Shown here: in pieces, positions 57,769 through 64,000 of the stretch
How positions within the stretch are numbered: the first letter of the stretch is position 1
How the letters are laid out: each line of letters starts with the position of its first letter
Made by a program: the position numbers and the translations under genes
Notes under the pieces: generated by a model
Databases searched by the model: none
What the model saw: only the letters and a program-made list of their open reading frames with translations
What the model was told of the DNA's origin: nothing
Assembly (NCBI GenBank): GCA_964429215.1
Contig: CAYSAY010000002.1
Coordinates: forward strand, 33,812 to 97,811
DNA from: an uncultured Gammaproteobacteria bacterium
Lineage (GTDB): Bacteria; Patescibacteriota; Microgenomatia; UBA8517
DNA: 64,000 nucleotides
Direction: 5' to 3'

Positions 57769-60048
57769 ATGACTACACTGCCACTTGTAATCGACTTCAA
57801 AGATATTGATAAAGATTCTCTTGCTTTAGTTGGTGGAAAGGGCGCAAACCTTGGTGAAATGACCAAAGCAGGTTTCCCTGTTCCTAATGGTTTTGCAGTT
57901 ACAGTTCCTGCTTATGACATATTTTTAAAGGAAAATGATATATCTTCCAAAATTTATGACATACTTGCAGTAACAAATGTGGATGATCCTGCACAACTTG
58001 AGAGTGCTTCTAAAAAGTTACAGAAATTAATTAATACGAGTAAATTTCCTGATGCTGTTTTTAAAGATGTAAATAAGTCTTATAAGAAACTATCTGGAAG
58101 ATTTTCCCAAGCTTTAGTTGCTGTACGATCATCTGCAACTGCTGAAGATTTGCCTGGAATGAGCTTTGCCGGGCAACAAGCAACATTTTTAAATATTAAA
58201 GGAGAGTCTAACTTACAAGTTGCAATTCGTGAATGTTGGGCATCACTTTTTACTCCTCGTGCAATTTATTACAGAGTTCAGAATAAAATTAAACACGAAA
58301 AGGTAGGAATTTCTGTAATAGTTCAAAAAATGGTGCAATCTGAAGTTTCTGGAATTATGTTTTCAATTGACCCTGTTACTAACCTTAAAGATAGGATAAT
58401 TATTGATTCCGTTTGGGGACTTGGAGAAATGATTGTGCAAGGATCATATATTCCTGATCATTATGTTGTACAAAAAGAAACTTTTGCGATACTTTCAAAG
58501 GAAGTAAATGAACAAAAGATGCAATATATTAAGAATGGTCAAGTAACTAAAGAGATTGCTGTTCCTACTAAAAATATTAATAGAATTAAATTAAGTGATG
58601 AACAAATTGTTCATTTGGCAAAGTTGTCACAAAAACTTCATGAACATTATTACTTTCCACAGGATTCAGAATGGGCTCTTGAGAAAGGAAAATTATATAT
58701 AGTTCAAACAAGGCCAATAACTACTATTGAAAAAACAAAGGCAGTACATAGTACACAGGACAAAGTACAAAGTGAAACAACTGCGCCAATTCTTAAAGGT
58801 ATACCTGCAAGTCCTGGAATGGGGACGGGAACAGTTAGAATTCTTAAGTCTCCTAAGGAGATTGATAAGATTAAAACAGGAGATATTTTAGTTGCTCCTA
58901 TGACATCTCCTGATTATGTACCAGCCATGAAGAAGGCAACTGCAATTGTCACAAATGAAGGTGGTATGACATCACATGCTGCAATTGTATCTCGTGAAAT
59001 GGGTATCCCTTGTGTGGTCGGTACTAAGGATGGAACTAAAATACTAAAAGATGGAGACTTAATAACTGTTAATGGATCGACTGGTGAAATATATATGGGA
59101 GGAAACAAAGATAATAAGATAAGAGGGACAAGTCCTGATTTGGTGACTCATCATTCTAATCCTAAATCCTCAATTAAGACTGCAACAAAGGTCTATGTTA
59201 ATCTTGCGGAACCTGATTATGCAGCAAAAGTAGCTAAGATGAATGTTGATGGTGTTGGTCTACTTCGAGCAGAGTTTATGATAGCAAACATAGGAATACA
59301 CCCTAAAGAAGCAATCAAAAGACACACTCAAGGTATATTTGTCGATAAATTAGTAAAGGACTTAACAACATTTTGTGAATCTTTTTATCCTAGACCAATA
59401 ATTTATCGTGCAACTGATTTTAAATCTAATGAATATAAAAGTCTTGAGGGGGGTATTCATTGGGAACCAAAGGAACCTAATCCAATGCTTGGGTTTAGAG
59501 GAGCATTCCGTTATATTTCTGATCCTGAAGTATTCAACTTAGAGTTACAAGCTTTAAAGAGGGTTCGTGAAAAATACAATAATTTACATATCATGATTCC
59601 TTTTGTTAGGTCTCCAGAAGAACTTCGTAGGGTAAAAAGACTTGTAAATGCTGGAGGATTATTTGATGACCCTACATTTAAGTTTTTAATGATGTGTGAA
59701 CTTCCAGTAAACGTTATTATGCTTGAAGAGTTTATTAAAGTTGGAATTGACGGAGTTTCTATTGGAAGTAATGATTTGACAATGTTGTTACAAGGAACTG
59801 ACAGGGATAATTCAACTGTCGCAACTGAATTTAATGAAATGCAACCTGAGGTTATTTGGGCACTTAAAAGAGTAATTAAAACTTGTAATAAATTTGGCAT
59901 AACTTCTTCTATTTGTGGACAAGCAGCAAGTACTTATGATGAGCTTGTAGAAATACTTGTTAAAGCTGGAGTTACTAGTGTATCTGTTAATCCTGATGCT
60001 GTAGACAGGGTTCGAAGAATGATTCACGAAACAGAAAAAAACGTTTAA
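57769..60048 (+). CDS. ppsA: phosphoenolpyruvate synthase / pyruvate, water dikinase
   Basis: N-terminal LVGGKGANLGEM, central phospho-His domain GGMTSHAAIVSREMGIPCVVG, C-terminal PEP-utilising domain. Confidence 0.8.
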   Translation: MTTLPLVIDFKDIDKDSLALVGGKGANLGEMTKAGFPVPNGFAVTVPAYDIFLKENDISSKIYDILAVTNVDDPAQLESASKKLQKLINTSKFPDAVFKDVNKSYKKLSGRFSQALVAVRSSATAEDLPGMSFAGQQATFLNIKGESNLQVAIRECWASLFTPRAIYYRVQNKIKHEKVGISVIVQKMVQSEVSGIMFSIDPVTNLKDRIIIDSVWGLGEMIVQGSYIPDHYVVQKETFAILSKEVNEQKMQYIKNGQVTKEIAVPTKNINRIKLSDEQIVHLAKLSQKLHEHYYFPQDSEWALEKGKLYIVQTRPITTIEKTKAVHSTQDKVQSETTAPILKGIPASPGMGTGTVRILKSPKEIDKIKTGDILVAPMTSPDYVPAMKKATAIVTNEGGMTSHAAIVSREMGIPCVVGTKDGTKILKDGDLITVNGSTGEIYMGGNKDNKIRGTSPDLVTHHSNPKSSIKTATKVYVNLAEPDYAAKVAKMNVDGVGLLRAEFMIANIGIHPKEAIKRHTQGIFVDKLVKDLTTFCESFYPRPIIYRATDFKSNEYKSLEGGIHWEPKEPNPMLGFRGAFRYISDPEVFNLELQALKRVREKYNNLHIMIPFVRSPEELRRVKRLVNAGGLFDDPTFKFLMMCELPVNVIMLEEFIKVGIDGVSIGSNDLTMLLQGTDRDNSTVATEFNEMQPEVIWALKRVIKTCNKFGITSSICGQAASTYDELVEILVKAGVTSVSVNPDAVDRVRRMIHETEKNV

Positions 60049-60051
60049 ATT

Positions 60052-61320
60052 ATGAGTACCATAAAGCACATTTGGGCAAGAGAGATATTAGATAGCAGAG
60101 GAATTCCTACTGTTGAATGTTACTGCCAATTAGATGATGGAAGGTTTGCAACTGCTTCAGTTCCTGCTGGAACTTCTACGGGGAGCCATGAGGCATTAGA
60201 ACTTAGGGATAAAGATGCTGCTCGTTATATGGGCGAAGGTGTACTTAAAGCTTGTGAAAATATCAATTCAGTATTAGGTCCTGCTTTAGTTGGTATGGAT
60301 CCAACTCACCAAGCAGAAATTGATCAGAAATTAATATCAATTGATGGAACAGAAAATAAATCAAAATACGGGGGGAATGCGATTTTAGCTATTTCTGAAG
60401 TTGCTTGTAAGGTTGCATCACTAGTTCAAGGAAAAGCTCTTTATACATGGATAAATGAATTAGCTGTAGAAAGAGGAATAGCAAAGGGAGTAAAGATCCC
60501 TACTCCTTTATTAAATATGATAAATGGAGGATTGCACGGAGCAGGTAACCTAGATTTTCAAGAGTTTTGGATGATACCTGCAACAAGTAAAAAATTTTCA
60601 GTTGGACTTCAAATGGGGGTAGAAATTTATCATGCAATTGGAGACAATTTGTCAAGACGTGGTGCAATTCATTCTGTGGGTCATGAAGGTGGTTATGCTC
60701 CTAATTTATTTACAAATGCTGATGCATTTGAGGTATTTGTAGAATCAATTAAACAAACAAGTTATTCTCTTGGAAGAGATGTATTTTTAGGACTTGATAT
60801 AGCTTCTAACAGTTTTTATAAAGATGGTGATTATTTAATTCGAGACAGATCATCATCTCTTTCTGATGATCAGTTATTAGATTATTATAAAGAACTTGTT
60901 GGTAATTATAAGCTAGCTATTATTGAAGATGGGTTTCAAGAAGATGCTTGGAATTCATGGAAGAAATTATATGCTGATATGTCAGGCAATGTGATAATTG
61001 CAGGCGATGACTTATTGGTAACAAATCCTAAAAGAGTACAAAAGGCTATTGATGAAAAAGCTTGTAACGCTGCAATTGTTAAACCTAACCAAATAGGTAC
61101 TGTTACTGAAAGTTTACAGGTAGTTAAAATGGTAAAAGACGCAAATTGGAAATTAATAACATCTCATAGATCTGGTGAAACTAATGATACTTTTATTGCT
61201 GATTTTGCAGTAGGTGTTGCATCTGATTATGCAAAGTTTGGTGCACCTGCTAGAGGAGAAAGAGTCGCAAAATATAATAGGTTAACAGCAATAGAAATCG
61301 AATTAGATTATTTTAAATGA
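60052..61320 (+). CDS. eno: enolase
   Basis: IWAREILDSRGIPTVE start and 422 aa enolase pattern. Confidence 0.9.
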   Translation: MSTIKHIWAREILDSRGIPTVECYCQLDDGRFATASVPAGTSTGSHEALELRDKDAARYMGEGVLKACENINSVLGPALVGMDPTHQAEIDQKLISIDGTENKSKYGGNAILAISEVACKVASLVQGKALYTWINELAVERGIAKGVKIPTPLLNMINGGLHGAGNLDFQEFWMIPATSKKFSVGLQMGVEIYHAIGDNLSRRGAIHSVGHEGGYAPNLFTNADAFEVFVESIKQTSYSLGRDVFLGLDIASNSFYKDGDYLIRDRSSSLSDDQLLDYYKELVGNYKLAIIEDGFQEDAWNSWKKLYADMSGNVIIAGDDLLVTNPKRVQKAIDEKACNAAIVKPNQIGTVTESLQVVKMVKDANWKLITSHRSGETNDTFIADFAVGVASDYAKFGAPARGERVAKYNRLTAIEIELDYFK

Positions 61321-62984
61321 CCCCAAAGTTTGTAATATTAACTGTTTTAGATGGCTGGGGATTATCTGCACCTTCTGCAGGGAATGCCATTTCGCTTGCT
61401 AATACTATAAATATAAATAGGTATATTGCAAGTTATCCTCATACAGAATTACAAGCAGCAGGTGAGTCTGTAGGGTTACCTAGAGGAGAAGCAGGTAATA
61501 CAGAAACAGGACATTTAAATCTTGGTGCAGGAAGGATTGTTTATCAAGACTTACTTCGAATTAACATGTCGATTGCTGATGGATTGTTTGCATCAAACAA
61601 AGTTTTATTGGGAGCTATTGAACATGCCAAAAAGAATAATTCGAATCTGCATGTAATGGGTTTAGTGGGAGCTGGAGGAGTGCATTCAAACCTTGAGCAT
61701 TTGTTTGCAATTTTAAAAATGTGTAGAGAGCAAAACTTTGATAGAGTGTTTTTACATTTGTTTACAGATGGTAGGGATTCACCTCCTACTGCAGCAAAAA
61801 TATATATTGATAGAATTAGGGAAGTTTGCGCTAGAGAGAAGGTGGGAGTAATTGCTTCAATAATGGGACGTTATTGGGCAATGGATAGGGATAATCGATG
61901 GGATAGAACAGCTAAGGCTTATTTTGCTTTGACTTTGGGTCAAGGTAATTTAGTTAAGACTCCTGAAGAAGCGATTGAGACTTCTTATGTAAACGGTAAA
62001 ACAGATGAATTTGTTGACCCCGCATTGATCTGCGATCAAACTGGTAAGGCTATTTCTTTAATTAAAGATAATGATGCTGTAATATTTTTTAACTTTAGAA
62101 TTGATAGGCCTAGACAACTATCTAAAGCATTTGTTTTTAAAGATTTAGCTCAAGCAGTAAGCACTACATCGTTTGATCCTTATATGGTTAAGTATAAGAA
62201 AAAGCATTTGGAGACAGCTCATTCATCACTGCCTGAAGTAGTACCTTTTGTGAGAACTACTAAATTAAACAACTTGTATTTTGCAACCATGACTCAATAT
62301 GAAAAAGAACTAATTAAAGAGGGAGCCTTTGTTGCTTTTGCTCCTGAAACTGTTGAAATGCCGTTGGGTCGTGTAATAGCTGAAAATGGATATAAGCAAC
62401 TTAGAGCATCTGAGAGTGAAAAGGAGAGATTTGTTACATTCTATTTTAATGGTCAGCAAGAGTTGCCAATGGATCAAGAAGATAGATTAATAGTTTCTTC
62501 ACCAAAAGTTGCAACTTATGACTTAAAGCCTGAAATGAGTGCAATTGAATTAACTGACACTGTTATAAATAAACTCAAAATAAGTTTGGATTATAAATTT
62601 ATATTAATAAATTTTGCAAATGTGGATATGGTTGGACATACTGGAAATATTGGTTCGGCTGTTAAAGCTTGTCAGATAGTAGACGAGTGTGTAGCAAGAA
62701 TTGCAAATTTTTGTTTGGCGTATGATGGTGCGCTTGTGATTACTGCAGATCATGGAAATGCTGAGGAAATGATAGATGCCCAAAGTGGTCAAATTGAAAC
62801 AGAACATTCATCAAACCCAGTACCACTGGTAATTATTAGTAAAGATTTAACAGGTAGGTCTCAGATGTTACCTTCTGGAGTTCTTGCAGATGTGGCGCCA
62901 ACCATATTGACTTTGTTAGGACTTGAAATACCATCGCAAATGACGGGAAGAAACTTGTTAGGCTCTTCCGTATTTTCTAATTAA
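61317..62984 (+). CDS. gpmI: 2,3-bisphosphoglycerate-independent phosphoglycerate mutase
   Basis: LTVLDGWG, ...GGVHS, C-terminal metal-binding region; 555 aa. Confidence 0.85.
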   Translation: MTPKFVILTVLDGWGLSAPSAGNAISLANTININRYIASYPHTELQAAGESVGLPRGEAGNTETGHLNLGAGRIVYQDLLRINMSIADGLFASNKVLLGAIEHAKKNNSNLHVMGLVGAGGVHSNLEHLFAILKMCREQNFDRVFLHLFTDGRDSPPTAAKIYIDRIREVCAREKVGVIASIMGRYWAMDRDNRWDRTAKAYFALTLGQGNLVKTPEEAIETSYVNGKTDEFVDPALICDQTGKAISLIKDNDAVIFFNFRIDRPRQLSKAFVFKDLAQAVSTTSFDPYMVKYKKKHLETAHSSLPEVVPFVRTTKLNNLYFATMTQYEKELIKEGAFVAFAPETVEMPLGRVIAENGYKQLRASESEKERFVTFYFNGQQELPMDQEDRLIVSSPKVATYDLKPEMSAIELTDTVINKLKISLDYKFILINFANVDMVGHTGNIGSAVKACQIVDECVARIANFCLAYDGALVITADHGNAEEMIDAQSGQIETEHSSNPVPLVIISKDLTGRSQMLPSGVLADVAPTILTLLGLEIPSQMTGRNLLGSSVFSN

Positions 62985-63593
62985 CCCTACTACTTTACCT
63001 TGGATGGTTACCTCTTTGGCAAATATTGGTGACATGGATGCATTTGCTGGTTCAAGTCTGATTCTTGTAGCTTCTTTAAAGTATCTTTTAAGTGTCGCCA
63101 TACCATTTTTAAGTAATGCCACAACTATTTCTCCATTATTTGCAGTTTCTGCCTGTTCGCAAATTACATAGTCTCCATCGTTTATATGATCTTCTATCAT
63201 TGATAAACCTCGAACTTGCAGGACATATACTCTTTTTGTCCCTGAGGCAAAATTTGGAGGAATAGACATATGGGCTGATGGATCTGTCATAGGTTCAATT
63301 GGTTGACCTGCTGCAATAAATCCTAATATTGGCACTGTTACACCTTCGTTACTCATACTCACATTTGTGGTTAACTCCATTTTTCGTAGGCGTCCTGAAG
63401 TACGTTTTAGTAAACCTTTTTCGACTAGTCCTTGAACATGTTCATGTACTGTTGCAAGTGAATTAACTCCAATTGCGTTTGCTATTGCACGTAGTGTTGG
63501 AGCATAACCAGTACTTTCAATATTTTGTTTTATGAAGTCTAATATTTGAGCTTGTCTTTTGTAAACTACTGGTGCTGAATTGATTTTGGTCAT
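62958..63593 (-). CDS. lexA: LexA repressor
   Basis: N-terminal wHTH (RAIANAIGVNSLATVHEHVQGL) and C-terminal S24 peptidase (GLSMIEDHINDGDYVI ... GKVV). Confidence 0.8.
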   Translation of the reverse strand: MTKINSAPVVYKRQAQILDFIKQNIESTGYAPTLRAIANAIGVNSLATVHEHVQGLVEKGLLKRTSGRLRKMELTTNVSMSNEGVTVPILGFIAAGQPIEPMTDPSAHMSIPPNFASGTKRVYVLQVRGLSMIEDHINDGDYVICEQAETANNGEIVVALLKNGMATLKRYFKEATRIRLEPANASMSPIFAKEVTIQGKVVGLIRKYGRA

Positions 63594-63661
63594 AGTTCAT
63601 AATACGAACCTTAACCGAAATAGTCAACTGTATCTTTTTGTATCATGATATAATTACACAC

Positions 63662-64000
63662 ATGCAATTCAAGTTAAAAACAAATTATACACCAATTCCT
63701 GAACAACAGAGAGCAGTAAATCAGTTAGTCAGTAATATCAGTAACTCAGTAAAATACCAGACACTTCTTGGAGTTACTGGTAGTGGGAAAACTTTTACTG
63801 TAGCAAATGTAATTGAGAAACTTCAGAAACCTACTTTAATAATTTCTCATAACAAAACATTGGCTGCTCAACTTTATCAAGAGATGAGGGATTTATTTCC
63901 TGACAATGCAGTATCTTACTTTGTTTCTTACTATGATTATTATCAACCAGAGAGTTATATTCCTTCAACAGATACTTACATTGAAAAGGATTCTGCGATT
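63662..64000 (+). CDS. uvrB: excinuclease ABC subunit B, N-terminal part (continues beyond window)
   Basis: QQRAVNQL..., [15 protein letters not shown] Walker [15 protein letters not shown]; divergent from lexA. Confidence 0.8.
   Translation, partial: MQFKLKTNYTPIPEQQRAVNQLVSNISNSVKYQTLLGVTGSGKTFTVANVIEKLQKPTLIISHNKTLAAQLYQEMRDLFPDNAVSYFVSYYDYYQPESYIPSTDTYIEKDSAI

Noticed and set aside
1-64000. Genome-wide amber (TAG) reassignment
   Set aside because: TAG ends several well-defined genes (7190..8173, 9063..10265, 17821..18123, 19401..20168, 27291..27986) and readthrough there hits other stops within a few codons. Only two genes show long in-frame continuity.
1-64000. CRISPR arrays, rRNA genes, integrase/transposase genes
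   Set aside because: I saw no regularly spaced direct repeats with unique spacers, no rRNA-like conserved stretches, and no recognisable recombinase or transposase motifs.

Overview
This 64 kb window is AT-rich (about one-third GC by eye) with dense, mostly small genes. The style resembles a reduced-genome bacterium such as a Patescibacteria/CPR-like lineage, but that is inference only. I describe it in four parts.

(1) 1-4.2 kb: a partial cyclase-family gene, then a ~600 nt GC-rich, hairpin-dense non-coding island that matches no RNA family I can recognise. After it come a guanylate-kinase-like gene and a secreted C39-like peptidase whose reading frame carries one in-frame TAG.

(2) 4.2-13.1 kb: a surface-glycan biosynthesis cluster. 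It holds FkbM and class I methyltransferases, a GT4 and two GT2 glycosyltransferases, a Wzx flippase, a GT-C-like membrane protein and a Wzy/O-antigen-ligase-like protein.

(3) 13.7-34.4 kb: an accessory, defence-island-like segment containing a Cas4/RecB-like nuclease, a conserved hypothetical with a second in-frame TAG, and an FtsK-like protein whose gamma domain is N-terminal and whose Walker motifs are degenerate. It also holds a DpnI-like methyl-directed restriction endonuclease next to a frameshifted amino-methyltransferase, plus DUF3800, DUF2779, a frameshifted RhuM-family gene, a DinD/Bro-N-like gene and DUF2130. Three tRNAs sit here (Thr-CGU, Gly-CCC, and an Asp-GUC interrupted by a ~186 nt group I intron), together with a local family of 16-nt repeats and an inverted copy of the tRNA-Asp 3' end.

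(4) 35-64 kb: conserved housekeeping genes. These are PolX, LemA/HtpX, gatCAB, an MFS transporter, a GGDEF protein, dnaE, ridA, rplS, ruvC, a phosphohexomutase, sugar kinase/isomerase genes, ppsA, eno, gpmI, lexA and the start of uvrB.

Four genes are visibly disrupted. Two carry in-frame TAG at positions where a Trp codon is expected, and two carry single-base frameshifts in A-runs. No CRISPR array and no rRNA were seen.
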